Shown in pieces: positions 1-8,591 of a stretch of 48,598 nt of DNA; within the stretch, counting starts at the first letter, position 1; the number at the start of each line of letters is the position of its first letter. Location of the stretch: positions 1 to 48,598 of the IMG/VR virus record IMGVR_UViG_3300037419_002256, one strand, 5' to 3'. The notes below the pieces were generated by a model. That model was given only the letters and a program-made list of their open reading frames with translations. It was not told the DNA's origin and ran no database searches. A program made the translations under genes and the position numbers. The stretch comes from a virus (lineage: Duplodnaviria; Caudoviricetes).

Positions 1-126
1 TACGCCACCGACCTGGCCAGCGGCCTCGAGGACGGCACCTACGAGGACGACGACGGCCTCGACGAGATCGAGGCGGCGATCACTCGCGCCCGTGCTTTCC
101 TCATCCAGGAGATGAAGGATGGCTAA
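1..126 (+). CDS. Partial hypothetical acidic protein (3' end only)
   Basis: Open frame 1 from base 1 (YATDLASGLEDG...EMKDG) to TAA at 124-126, GC3-rich codons, overlaps the next start. Confidence 0.55.
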   Translation, partial: YATDLASGLEDGTYEDDDGLDEIEAAITRARAFLIQEMKDG

Positions 127-334
127 GGTGTCTCGCGAGGGCAGCGAGGTCGTCTTGCGGTTCAAGGTCGGCAAGCAGGCGGGCGGTTTCGCCCGCTTCC
201 TGGCCGGCGCCGCTGAAGCGCTGCGCCTCGGCCACATCCCGCCAACCAACCCCGGCGCCGGCATGGGCGCGGACGTTGCAGCGATGCAGCTCCGCCAGCT
301 GTCGGACAGCGTTCACAGGGCGAATGACGCATGA
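119..334 (+). CDS. Hypothetical protein
   Basis: AGGAG SD upstream; stop overlaps the ligase start (ATGA). Confidence 0.65.
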   Translation: MAKVSREGSEVVLRFKVGKQAGGFARFLAGAAEALRLGHIPPTNPGAGMGADVAAMQLRQLSDSVHRANDA

Positions 335-1419
335 TTACCCACGATCCCATCTACAAGCTCGACAGCGCCGGCAAGCGCCGGATCTGGTACATCGAGCAGG
401 ACGGCTCTCGCTATCGCGCCGTCGCCGGTATCGACGGCGGCACCCTGGTCCGTTCCGGCTGGACCCAGGCTCGCGCCGCGAGCCAGCCCACCGACCAGGC
501 CCAGGCCGATTTCGAGATCAAGGCCGCGTACGAGCACAAGCTGACGCGCGAGTATCACCGCTCGATCGAGGCTACGGTCAACGGCGCGCACTTCTTCAAG
601 CCGATGCTGGCCCAGAAATACGAGGGCTGGGATCCGAGCTGGAGCGAGGTTGTCGTGCAGCCGAAGCTCGACGGGATTCGCTGCATCGCCAGCGAGAGCG
701 GTCTCTTCTCCCGCCAGGGCAAGGAGATCACGGCCGTCCCGCACATCCACGCCCAGCTCATGCCGCTGTTCGAGGCCTACCCCGGCCTCGTGCTCGACGG
801 CGAGCTCTACAACCATGAGCTGAAGGACGATTTCAACACGATCGCGTCGATCGTCCGCAAGCAGAAACCGACGGCCGACGAGCTCGAGCTCGCCGAGGCC
901 CGGATGCAGTACCACGTCTATGATGTCCCCTCGAACAATGCCCGCTGCACGAAGACCCGGCTCGAGATGCTCGGCTGCGCCGTTCGCGACCACGGCATTG
1001 AGGGGGCTGTTGTCCTCGTCCCCACCGAACGGGTCCACCAGCCCGATTTGGTCGATTACCTCTACGGCCTGTGGCTCGAGCAGGGATACGAGGGCCAGAT
1101 GGTCCGCCTGCCCGGCACCTATGAGCAGAAGCGCTCAAAGCTTCTCCTGAAGCGGAAGGAATTTCAGGATGCCGAGTTCGAAGTCGTCGAAATCCAGGAA
1201 GGCCAGGGGAACTGGGCGGGCGTTGCGAAGGCTGTCCAGTGCCGTCTTCCTGATGGTCGCCTTTTCGGAGCCGGCATCCGCGGCACGCGCGAGCGCGCTG
1301 CTGAGCTCCTCCACGAAACCCACAAAGTCGTCACCGTCCGCTTCTTTGCGCTGACGCCTGACGGCATTCCCCGCTTCCCCGTCGTGACCAAGTTCCATGG
1401 CGCGGAGCGCACCCTTTAA
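331..1419 (+). CDS. ATP-dependent DNA ligase
   Basis: Motif I QPKLDGIR, III VLDGELY, IIIa YHVYDV, IV EGQMVR, V LLKRK, C-terminal OB fold ending PRFP. Confidence 0.93.
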   Translation: MITHDPIYKLDSAGKRRIWYIEQDGSRYRAVAGIDGGTLVRSGWTQARAASQPTDQAQADFEIKAAYEHKLTREYHRSIEATVNGAHFFKPMLAQKYEGWDPSWSEVVVQPKLDGIRCIASESGLFSRQGKEITAVPHIHAQLMPLFEAYPGLVLDGELYNHELKDDFNTIASIVRKQKPTADELELAEARMQYHVYDVPSNNARCTKTRLEMLGCAVRDHGIEGAVVLVPTERVHQPDLVDYLYGLWLEQGYEGQMVRLPGTYEQKRSKLLLKRKEFQDAEFEVVEIQEGQGNWAGVAKAVQCRLPDGRLFGAGIRGTRERAAELLHETHKVVTVRFFALTPDGIPRFPVVTKFHGAERTL

Positions 1420-1510
1420 TCGCGTCCGCGAACTGCCCGGCTGGGAGAGCCTCTCGGCCCAGCAGATCCGGCACCTTCTTCGCCGCCTATCTTCGCGAAA
1501 GGCACTTTGA
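1397..1510 (+). CDS. Small basic protein (37 aa), not in ORF track
   Basis: MARSAPFNRVRELPGWESLSAQQIRHLLRRLSSRKAL fills the ligase-1510 gap and its TGA overlaps the next ATG; resembles 1704-1847. Confidence 0.4.
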   Translation: MARSAPFNRVRELPGWESLSAQQIRHLLRRLSSRKAL

Positions 1511-1707
1511 TGGCTGAAACAAAGATTGTCCGTGAGATCACGACGCGAACGCGCCGTATCCTCGATATCGACGAGGTCGAGCAGGCTCTGCGCGACCAGT
1601 ACGATCTCCACGTCCAGGACGACATCCAGTTCGAATGGGACGTGAGCCAGGACTTCGTCCGTGGCGTCGTGATCGTCCACACCACGCGGGAGGACATCTA
1701 CGAATGA
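1510..1707 (+). CDS. Hypothetical protein
   Basis: Tightly packed ORF in operon, acidic, ATGA overlap downstream. Confidence 0.65.
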   Translation: MAETKIVREITTRTRRILDIDEVEQALRDQYDLHVQDDIQFEWDVSQDFVRGVVIVHTTREDIYE

Positions 1708-1847
1708 CCCGCCGCGGCGAAACCCCGGGTTGGATCCAACGCTGGAACTGGCGCACTCGCCAGCGGATCGGCCCGGGCCATGACAAAATCTCCGGTCGCG
1801 AGATGCGCCGGCTTCTTCGTCAAATGTCCTGGAGAAGGGCACACTAA
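1704..1847 (+). CDS. Small Arg-rich protein (47 aa)
   Basis: GGAGG SD at 1689-1693, ATG 1704, TAATG coupling to the next gene. Confidence 0.6.
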   Translation: MTRRGETPGWIQRWNWRTRQRIGPGHDKISGREMRRLLRQMSWRRAH

Positions 1848-2131
1848 TGCCTGAATTTCGCGTTGACGTGAAAGCGTTCATCAATGTCACCGTCGAGGCG
1901 CCAACCGCCCAGGCCGCGCGCCGCGAGGCGGAGCGCCTGGTCGAAGCCTGTGATCCGACCGAGCTCTTCATCAACGGCTGGAACGATACCAACAAGGCCG
2001 AACGGCCGGAGGTCCAGATCGTTGAGACCTGCGGCTTCGCCGTCGACGGCACGAGCGACGTCGAATGCAGCGAATGTGGTGACATCCTCTACGGCGGCGA
2101 GGCCGTCTGCGAATGTGCGGAGGAAGCATGA
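1847..2131 (+). CDS. Hypothetical protein with C-terminal Cys cluster (possible Zn ribbon)
   Basis: CSEC...CEC at the C-terminus; translational coupling on both sides. Confidence 0.65.
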   Translation: MPEFRVDVKAFINVTVEAPTAQAARREAERLVEACDPTELFINGWNDTNKAERPEVQIVETCGFAVDGTSDVECSECGDILYGGEAVCECAEEA

Positions 2132-2385
2132 AAATCTGGTGCCTCTTCAGCGTCGACAACAACTACGATCAGCCCGACCACAACCTGGTCTGCTGGTGGC
2201 AGCAGAAGCCGACGCTCGAGTGTCTCGCCGAGATCCTCGCGGGCGGTCTGGACAAGGCGAACGACGACCAGATCGTCGGCGTCGTCGGCATCTGGACCGG
2301 CAAGGACGACCGAATGCCTGGCGACGACACCACCTACCGCCTCGAGGAGGTCAACGAGGGCGCGCGGTTGAACGCGGTTGCCTGA
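2128..2385 (+). CDS. Hypothetical protein
   Basis: GGAGG SD, ATG 2128 (MKIWCLF), ATGA overlap. Confidence 0.65.
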   Translation: MKIWCLFSVDNNYDQPDHNLVCWWQQKPTLECLAEILAGGLDKANDDQIVGVVGIWTGKDDRMPGDDTTYRLEEVNEGARLNAVA

Positions 2386-2427
2386 TGTTTCCTACCGGCC
2401 GCGTGAACGTCTGTTCATGCCGGCCGG

Positions 2428-2655
2428 ATGGGAAAGAAATCCGAACCGCTCGTCGCCGAGTACCAGACCCGTGAGCTGGCCGGCGATCACCGCCTGATCC
2501 TTGAGCTCGAAGACGAACGCCTGTTCGGCGTCGAGCTTCCCGAAGCCCTGAGCACGGACGAGCCCCTTCCGGGCCGCGCCGAGCTCGAGATCGAAAACCT
2601 TGACGAAACCGGCGTCCCCCAAGGCGCCAAGTTCCTGCGCTTCATCGTCGAATAA
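2428..2655 (+). CDS. Hypothetical acidic protein
   Basis: ORF with phage-typical codon usage. Confidence 0.55.
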   Translation: MGKKSEPLVAEYQTRELAGDHRLILELEDERLFGVELPEALSTDEPLPGRAELEIENLDETGVPQGAKFLRFIVE

Positions 2656-2664
2656 GGAAATCTC

Positions 2665-3456
2665 TTGACGTCACTGTCCGCTCTCCGCCGCAAGGCGGGG
2701 ATCAATGCCCTTTTGTCTCCGCCCGACGCCAACCCCAAGGTCAAGAAGAACCAGAAGATCGGAGTGCTGACCGCAGTGCTCCACCTCGCCCCCGGCAACA
2801 TGTCGGGCCACGAGGTATGCCCGAAGCGTTCGCCCGGATGCTCCGCGGCCTGCCTGCACTTCGCCGGCGATCCCTCGCGCCTCGAGCGCAAGACGACCGC
2901 CCGGGTCAAGAAGACGAACCTGTTCTTCGCCGACCGCAACCTGTTCATGAACATCCTCGCGCTCGAGATCCTGGCGCACACCAAGTCCGCCGTTCGTCGA
3001 GGGATGAAGCCCGCTTGTCGACTGAACGGCACCAGCGACATCGTGTGGGAAAAGAAGAAGTTCATTCTCTTCCCGGAAGTTGCGGCCAAGATCGGTCGGG
3101 TAGCCGACAATATCATCGACCTGTTTCCCGACCTAAGCTTCTATGATTACACGAAGATTCCGGGTAGGACACCACCCGCCAACTATCACCTTACGTTCAG
3201 CGAGAGCGAAATAAACGGCGCCCTCGTTGCCCTGGAGATGGCTCGCGGGATGAATATCGCCTCGGTCTTCTTCGGTAAGGTACCCGACACGCATCTTGAT
3301 CGTCCCGTCATTGACGGTGATGAACATGATTACCGGCCGAGCGACCCGCAGGGGGTGGTCGTCGGCCTGAAAGTGAAGGGCACCAAGGGCAAGGCCGATC
3401 TCAGCGGCTTTGTTCAGGAGGGTGAACAAAGGAAGAACAAAAGTGTTGCATTGTAG
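2665..3456 (+). CDS. GP88-family protein (mycobacteriophage gp88-like, Cys motif)
   Basis: CPKRSPGCSAACL, RLNGTSDI, FYDYTK, NYHLTFSESE, IDGDEHDYR, VVGLKVKG are typical of the family; TTG start with AAGGA SD. Confidence 0.75.
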   Translation: MTSLSALRRKAGINALLSPPDANPKVKKNQKIGVLTAVLHLAPGNMSGHEVCPKRSPGCSAACLHFAGDPSRLERKTTARVKKTNLFFADRNLFMNILALEILAHTKSAVRRGMKPACRLNGTSDIVWEKKKFILFPEVAAKIGRVADNIIDLFPDLSFYDYTKIPGRTPPANYHLTFSESEINGALVALEMARGMNIASVFFGKVPDTHLDRPVIDGDEHDYRPSDPQGVVVGLKVKGTKGKADLSGFVQEGEQRKNKSVAL

Positions 3457-3474
3457 GAAAAATCCTATCAATGC
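3448..3474. promoter_or_regulatory. AT-rich imperfect inverted repeat upstream of the wHTH gene (operator/promoter candidate)
   Basis: GCATTG-TAGGA-aaaa-TCCTA-t-CAATGC. Confidence 0.45.
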
Positions 3475-3503
3475 TTCGCGCATGCCTATTGTGAGATTCG
3501 CAG

Positions 3504-3896
3504 ATGTGGAAGAAAATCTGGGGCCCCCACCCAGCCGACCAGGATCGGGCAATGAACGCCTCGCTGGTCAAGCATTGGATCTCAGGAAGAATATTCCTCA
3601 CGCAATTGCTCGGCGACTACCCCTGCGGACTGGTGGTCCTCGAGGCCTATTGCAGCAGCGAGCAGGAGGTGACGGCCGCTTACGTCGAGCACCGCCTCGC
3701 CGGCCAAGTCAGCGAGGACACCGCTCGGCGCAAGCTCAACATGATGCTGAAGCGCCAGGTCGTCACCGTTCGGAAAGCCGGCCGCGCGGTCTACTACCGA
3801 ATGACGCCGGAGATCGCCGACGCGGCGATCGCCTACCTGCGGGGCGAGCCGATCGTTCTGCCGGCCGGCAAACCGCAAATTGCGGTAAATACTTGA
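3504..3896 (+). CDS. Winged-helix DNA-binding protein
   Basis: VSEDTARRKLNMMLKRQVVTVRKAGRAVYYRMT is a recognition helix plus wing pattern. Confidence 0.6.
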   Translation: MWKKIWGPHPADQDRAMNASLVKHWISGRIFLTQLLGDYPCGLVVLEAYCSSEQEVTAAYVEHRLAGQVSEDTARRKLNMMLKRQVVTVRKAGRAVYYRMTPEIADAAIAYLRGEPIVLPAGKPQIAVNT

Positions 3897-4031
3897 TGTT
3901 TAACCGCAATCTGCAAGGAAAAGTATCTTGCCGTGGAGTCCGCCCGCCGTCAATGGGGCGCTCAACACCTGACCAAAAGTTAATGATCACGCGGCGGCTG
4001 AGGAGGACCGCGGCCGTGAGATGATGCAGCA

Positions 4032-4046
4032 AGTGACCTGGTCACA
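4032..4046. promoter_or_regulatory. Palindromic motif copy 1 (AGTGAC-N3-GTCACT family)
   Basis: AGTGAC-CTG-GTCACA, intergenic. Confidence 0.7.
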
Positions 4047-4186
4047 TGTCCGGGTCGCTGACACAAGCTCGGTCTTTTCGGGTTAGGGAGGTCATGAACG
4101 ATCGAACCGGACCTGGATACAAAAATAATTTGGCGTTGCGAATGACGCGCTCCTATGAGAGCAAATCCCCGCTCGGGGGACTCCAT

Positions 4187-4402
4187 ATGGAAGCGAAGGA
4201 CGTGATGCTGCACGAAGTGCTCAACGAACTGGTTCGCGCGTGGGCTGAATTGTTCACGCCGGCTGAGATCAGGCAGGACCGCAAGAAGGTCCAGCTGCTC
4301 AACCAGCTCAGGGCAACGATGGAGGGGACACCCTCACAGTTGGTTCAGCAATTCTATAGGGAGGTCTTCCTTCGTGATGTGTGGAGCGGGGTCGGAAGTT
4401 AG
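4187..4402 (+). CDS. Hypothetical protein
   Basis: GGGGGA SD before ATG 4187 (MEAKDVML); in-frame upstream starts back to 4046 are possible. Confidence 0.55.
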   Translation: MEAKDVMLHEVLNELVRAWAELFTPAEIRQDRKKVQLLNQLRATMEGTPSQLVQQFYREVFLRDVWSGVGS

Positions 4403-4895
4403 CCGGGGAGAACAACGTAAACAGCTTCTGAGCGAGCGCGATCAGCGGATCGTGCAGTTCATGAAGGAACGTCTCTCCGTCGCGCACATCGCCGACTTGG
4501 AAGGCATCGAAGAAGATTACGCCCGCAAGGCGACACGCCGTCTCGCTGCTCAGGAGGGCATCGAGTATAATCCAGCCAAGGAAACGTCGCGCGAGATCCT
4601 CACGGATGCCAGCCGGCAGTTTCGCATCGGCATGGCGAAGATCGTTTCCGAGCTTCGCGATGCCCCGGGCGCGCACCCTCTCGAGATTGCGCGCGACACC
4701 GGACTCACCCAAGCCGCCCAGGTGGCGGCGACGCAACGAGCCGAGAACTCCAACGTCGGCTACACCCACGACTACAAGCTGAGCCAGCTCGAGCGCATCG
4801 CAGCGACCCGCGGCGATGACTTTCGCCGGATGATGCTGAGAGCCTTGCTCACGAGAGAGGAATGGCTGATGGTTGCAAAATGTTTGAGCAACTGA
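4374..4895 (+). CDS. Putative two-HTH transcriptional regulator
   Basis: N-terminal LSERDQRIVQFMKERLSVAHIADLEGI (sigma4/LuxR-like HTH) and a second XRE-like segment LEIARDTGLTQ...KLSQLERIA; GGAGG SD. Confidence 0.55.
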   Translation: MMCGAGSEVSRGEQRKQLLSERDQRIVQFMKERLSVAHIADLEGIEEDYARKATRRLAAQEGIEYNPAKETSREILTDASRQFRIGMAKIVSELRDAPGAHPLEIARDTGLTQAAQVAATQRAENSNVGYTHDYKLSQLERIAATRGDDFRRMMLRALLTREEWLMVAKCLSN

Positions 4896-5068
4896 CCCGA
4901 TTTTTCACTGCCGCAACGCGCCTCCGCCGGTCCGAACGAAACCTCGTTCGGGCCGGTGCTGTTATGGAGCTCGAGGAGCTCCGGTCCGAAACCACGAACG
5001 TCAAGCTCGTGAGCCGGATCAACGAGGCGCTGAACAAGCATTACGAGAAGAAGGCGAAGGCATCCTGA
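4880..5068 (+). CDS. Hypothetical protein
   Basis: ATG 4880 (MFEQLTRFF), TGATG coupling. Confidence 0.55.
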   Translation: MFEQLTRFFTAATRLRRSERNLVRAGAVMELEELRSETTNVKLVSRINEALNKHYEKKAKAS

Positions 5069-5298
5069 TGATCCGCGACAAGGACGGTTACACGACGGCA
5101 AACCTGCCAAAGCCGTCGCTCTTCGACGAGCCGCACGACTGGCGACTGATGAATAAAGACGAGAAGCTGGCGCGCTATGGGGTCGATGACGACGAGGAGG
5201 CCGAGTTTGCACGCCAATGCCAGCTCTCGGACGAAGCCGAGGAAGAGGCGCTGATCCGCTATGGGATCGACCGCTCGATCCTGCTTCCGAAGGACTGA
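5068..5298 (+). CDS. Hypothetical acidic protein with internal repeat
   Basis: EKLARYGVD / EALIRYGID repeated motif. Confidence 0.6.
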   Translation: MIRDKDGYTTANLPKPSLFDEPHDWRLMNKDEKLARYGVDDDEEAEFARQCQLSDEAEEEALIRYGIDRSILLPKD

Positions 5299-5302
5299 CC
5301 GA

Positions 5303-5542
5303 ATGGCCTACGCCGAGGACGCCACTTGCGGCATTCGCCCGGAGGGTGACCATTGGCGTCACTTCCACCAAGGCGGCGATCACCCCGGCCTGTTCATCGA
5401 CGCCGACACAGCGCGATGGGGGTGTAATGTGACGCCAGCCGACGCGGTAGAAATCAACCGCGATCGACTGATCGACAAGCAGGACATTAGCGCGGCGATC
5501 CGCAAGCGCCTCGACAGTGTCCACCACCTAGAAGCGACCTAG
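5303..5542 (+). CDS. Hypothetical protein
   Basis: AAGGA SD, ATG 5303 (MAYAEDATC). Confidence 0.55.
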   Translation: MAYAEDATCGIRPEGDHWRHFHQGGDHPGLFIDADTARWGCNVTPADAVEINRDRLIDKQDISAAIRKRLDSVHHLEAT

Positions 5543-5547
5543 TCACT
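5533..5547. promoter_or_regulatory. Palindromic motif copy 2
   Basis: AGCGAC-CTA-GTCACT overlapping the TAG stop, upstream of RNR. Confidence 0.7.
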
Positions 5548-5622
5548 TGCTCCGGGGGCTGGGACAGACGTCCCGGCCCCCGCTTAATGCCGGTGGTTCC
5601 CTCAAACGGAGAACCACCTCAG

Positions 5623-7956
5623 ATGATCACCCGCGAATTCCACCCGGGTATGGGCAAGGCTGTCGCCGACCGTACCATTCTTCGACCTGGAGAAACCTGG
5701 GGGGACGTCGCCGATCGAGTGGCTCTCGGGAACACCCTCCTGGACAAGGGCTGCGACGACTATGACGGCTTCCGCCGTCACCTTCGCGCCGCCACGATCC
5801 TCATGTCTGGCCGTCACCTGCAGCACGGTGACGAGAACCAGCCCCAACGGAACCTGGAAGTCTTCTCGAACTGCTCGACCGCCGCTGCGTCCTTCCTCCT
5901 TTTCTATCTGCTGCTGAACGGCTCCGGCGTCGGCCGCAGCTACGACGACGACATGATGCTCGTCGACTACGACAACATGCCGAACGTCCGCTGCGTCCTC
6001 GACGAGGGCCACAAGGATTTCGACTTCTCGGCGCACGAGAGCGCGCGGGACGCCAAGCACAAATACGGCCTCGGCGAGAACGTACACTGGTTCAAGGTTC
6101 CGGACAGCCGCGAAGGCTGGGCCCAGGCGATCGAGAAGTTCGAGACGATGACCTTCGCCAAGGCCTATCGCGACGACCTGCTCGTCCTCGACTTCACCGA
6201 CGTCCGCCCCAAGGGCGCCCCGATCGGCGGCATGCAGAACCGCCCCTCGTCGGGCCCGGTCCCGTTGATGAACGCGATCCACAAGATCGCGACCCTGAAG
6301 GGCGCCGGCCTGCCGCGGTGGTTCCAGGCGATGTACGTCGACCACTATCTTGCCGAGCCCGTGCTCGTCGGCGGAGCTCGCCGAGCCGCCCGCATCGCGG
6401 TCAAGAGCTGGCGCGACAAGTCGGTGCTCGACTTCATCCGCATCAAGCGGCCGGTCGAGTTCCTCGACAAGACCATGACCCAAGTCATAAAGTATCGGAC
6501 GAAGCACGGCGCTCCGTTCTCGTTCCTGTGGTCGTCGAACAATAGCGTGGGCGTCGACCGGGACTATTGGCGCCGTCTCGCGCTGACCCCTGACCAGCCC
6601 GGCTATAACGAGCCGCTGACGCGGCACGCCCGCGAGGTTCACCAGGCGATCGCCGAATGCTCCTACGGCGACGGCACCGGCGAGCCAGGTCTCTTGAATG
6701 TGGATCAATTGACCCAGAAGGGCGAGCCCCCGCTCGAGGGCAAGTTCGTCGGCTCGAAGCGCTACAAAGTCGCGAGCGACACGCAGATCTACCTGCACGG
6801 CCTCGCCCGCAAAGCCTCGGCCAAGAAGCATTGGACGATCGTCAATCCGTGCGGGGAGATCCCGCTCGCCCTCTACGGTGGCTATTGCGTGATCGCGGAC
6901 TGCGTCCCGTTCCACGCCGAGACGCTGGACGAGGCGATCAGTGCGGTGATGTACGCCGCCCGCGCCCTGATCCGGGTCAACACGATGGACAACCTCTACG
7001 GGCCGGAGACGAAGCGGACCAACCGCATCGGGGTCGGCCAGACCGGGGTCCACGAGTTTGCCTGGAAATTCTTCGGCGTCGGCTTCCGCGACCTCGTCAA
7101 CCCGGACTTCCCCAGCTACGCGAACTTCGCTGCGACCTACACGCACGACGTTCCGTACAAGGCCGTCATCGCCGATGCGCTGACGGTCGCCTCGGCCGGC
7201 ATCCGCGCCGCGGCGTTCTGGGAATTCCAGGGCGTCATGAGCCGCGCTGCGATGCGCTCGGCGTTCGAATATAGCGACCGCCTCGGCGTCAACCGGCCGC
7301 ACACGGTCACCACGATCAAGCCCGCCGGCACGACGTCGAAGCTGTTCGGCCTGTCCGAGGGCTGGCACCTACCGGCGATGGCTCACTACCTTCGCTGGGT
7401 TCAATTCAGGGAGGACGACCCTCTTGTTGACCAGTACGAAGCGCAGGGATACCCCGTGCGCCGAAACCTACAGACATATCGTGGGCACGCTATTGTCGGA
7501 TTTCCTACGGAGCCGGCTATTGCTGGCCTTGGTATGGGGGATTCCCTTGTCCTTGCTGGTGACGCCACTCCGGAGGAACAGTATCAGTGGCTCCGGTTCG
7601 GCGAATTTTTCTGGCTCGAGGGAGGCTCTGTCGCCGATTATCTGGATGCCGGCGTTCCGCGGCCAGGAGAGGAGAGGCACGGCGGGCAGATCAGCTACAC
7701 GCTGAAATACAAGCCCGAGGTGACCTCCTACGAGATTTTTGAAAAAACTCTGAGGGAGAACCAGTCGACGATCAGGGCCTGCTCGGTGATGCCCCAGGCC
7801 GACAACGCCGCCTACGAATATCTGCCGGAAGAGCCGATCAACAAGGCCGAGTTCGAGGCCCGGATGCGGGCGGTCAAGCAGGCGCTTGAGGAAGACGTGG
7901 ACAAGGTCCACATCGACTGCGCGGGCGGGGCCTGCCCGGTCGACTTCAACAAGTGA
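5623..7956 (+). CDS. nrdJ: Class II (adenosylcobalamin-dependent) ribonucleotide reductase
   Basis: NCS, GSGVG, GGARRAA, GEPG, NPCGE finger loop, TIKPAGT, C-terminal CAGGACP; no beta-subunit gene nearby; GGAG SD before ATG 5623. Confidence 0.88.
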   Translation: MITREFHPGMGKAVADRTILRPGETWGDVADRVALGNTLLDKGCDDYDGFRRHLRAATILMSGRHLQHGDENQPQRNLEVFSNCSTAAASFLLFYLLLNGSGVGRSYDDDMMLVDYDNMPNVRCVLDEGHKDFDFSAHESARDAKHKYGLGENVHWFKVPDSREGWAQAIEKFETMTFAKAYRDDLLVLDFTDVRPKGAPIGGMQNRPSSGPVPLMNAIHKIATLKGAGLPRWFQAMYVDHYLAEPVLVGGARRAARIAVKSWRDKSVLDFIRIKRPVEFLDKTMTQVIKYRTKHGAPFSFLWSSNNSVGVDRDYWRRLALTPDQPGYNEPLTRHAREVHQAIAECSYGDGTGEPGLLNVDQLTQKGEPPLEGKFVGSKRYKVASDTQIYLHGLARKASAKKHWTIVNPCGEIPLALYGGYCVIADCVPFHAETLDEAISAVMYAARALIRVNTMDNLYGPETKRTNRIGVGQTGVHEFAWKFFGVGFRDLVNPDFPSYANFAATYTHDVPYKAVIADALTVASAGIRAAAFWEFQGVMSRAAMRSAFEYSDRLGVNRPHTVTTIKPAGTTSKLFGLSEGWHLPAMAHYLRWVQFREDDPLVDQYEAQGYPVRRNLQTYRGHAIVGFPTEPAIAGLGMGDSLVLAGDATPEEQYQWLRFGEFFWLEGGSVADYLDAGVPRPGEERHGGQISYTLKYKPEVTSYEIFEKTLRENQSTIRACSVMPQADNAAYEYLPEEPINKAEFEARMRAVKQALEEDVDKVHIDCAGGACPVDFNK

Positions 7957-7966
7957 CCTAGTCACT
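7952..7966. promoter_or_regulatory. Palindromic motif copy 3
   Basis: AGTGAC-CTA-GTCACT overlapping the RNR TGA. Confidence 0.75.
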
Positions 7967-7986
7967 CGGCCCGGCACTTGAGACGG

Positions 7987-8025
7987 AGGAGCCCGCCAGC
8001 ATTAGTTGGTGGGCTCCTTTCGTTT
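7987..8025 (+). terminator. Rho-independent terminator-like hairpin after RNR
   Basis: AGGAGCCCGCCAGC-atta-GTTGGTGGGCTCCT followed by TTCGTTT. Confidence 0.65.
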
Positions 8026-8036
8026 CAGGAGCCCAC

Positions 8037-8591
8037 ATGCAGAACATCAAGCTGTCGGACGGCATCCGCCTCTACCAGGGCGTCATGTTCGATTACGACA
8101 ACCCGGACGCGGCGGACGTCCCGATCGAAGTCATCGCTCACCACCTGAGCCTCGTCTGCCGCTTCGCCGGCGGCGTGAAGCACTTCTATTCGGTCGCGCA
8201 GCACTGCGTCCTGGCGAGCTACATCGCGCCGCCGGGGTTCGAATATGCCGCGCTGCTCCACGACACCGCGGAGTCCGTGACCAACGACATCCCGCGGCCG
8301 TTCAAGGTCGAGAAGATCCCCGGCTTCAAGGAGATCGAGGCGCGCATCGAGGGCTCCATGGCTCGCAAGTTCGGCACACCCTACCCGCTGCCGCGGGAAA
8401 TCCGCTGGGTCGACGACGTCATGCTCAAGCTCGAGAAGCAGGTCCTCCTGCCCTGGGACACCAGCAACTGGGAGATCCTCGATTGGGTCGGCGACGTCAG
8501 CCACCTCGCCGAGAAGCTCGACTTCTCCGAGTGGCACTGGAGCCGCGCCAAGCACGAATTCCTCGAGCGCTACCAGGAGCTCCGCCCGTGA
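8037..8591 (+). CDS. HD-domain nucleotide phosphohydrolase (YfbR/5'-deoxynucleotidase-like)
   Basis: IAHHLSLVCRFAG, FYSVAQHC, ALLHDTAE, DIPRPFK. Confidence 0.85.
   Translation: MQNIKLSDGIRLYQGVMFDYDNPDAADVPIEVIAHHLSLVCRFAGGVKHFYSVAQHCVLASYIAPPGFEYAALLHDTAESVTNDIPRPFKVEKIPGFKEIEARIEGSMARKFGTPYPLPREIRWVDDVMLKLEKQVLLPWDTSNWEILDWVGDVSHLAEKLDFSEWHWSRAKHEFLERYQELRP

Noticed and set aside
6699-6707. TGTGGATCA DnaA-box-like sequence
   Set aside because: Inside the RNR coding sequence, differs from the 10-mer and is not positioned relative to a start codon
5602-7368. Long antisense or alternate-frame ORFs (also 10763-12331, 33688-34926, 38830-40848, 40313-43006, 41584-43488)
   Set aside because: Shadow ORFs expected from high GC3 codon bias opposite or overlapping well-supported genes; no recognisable motifs
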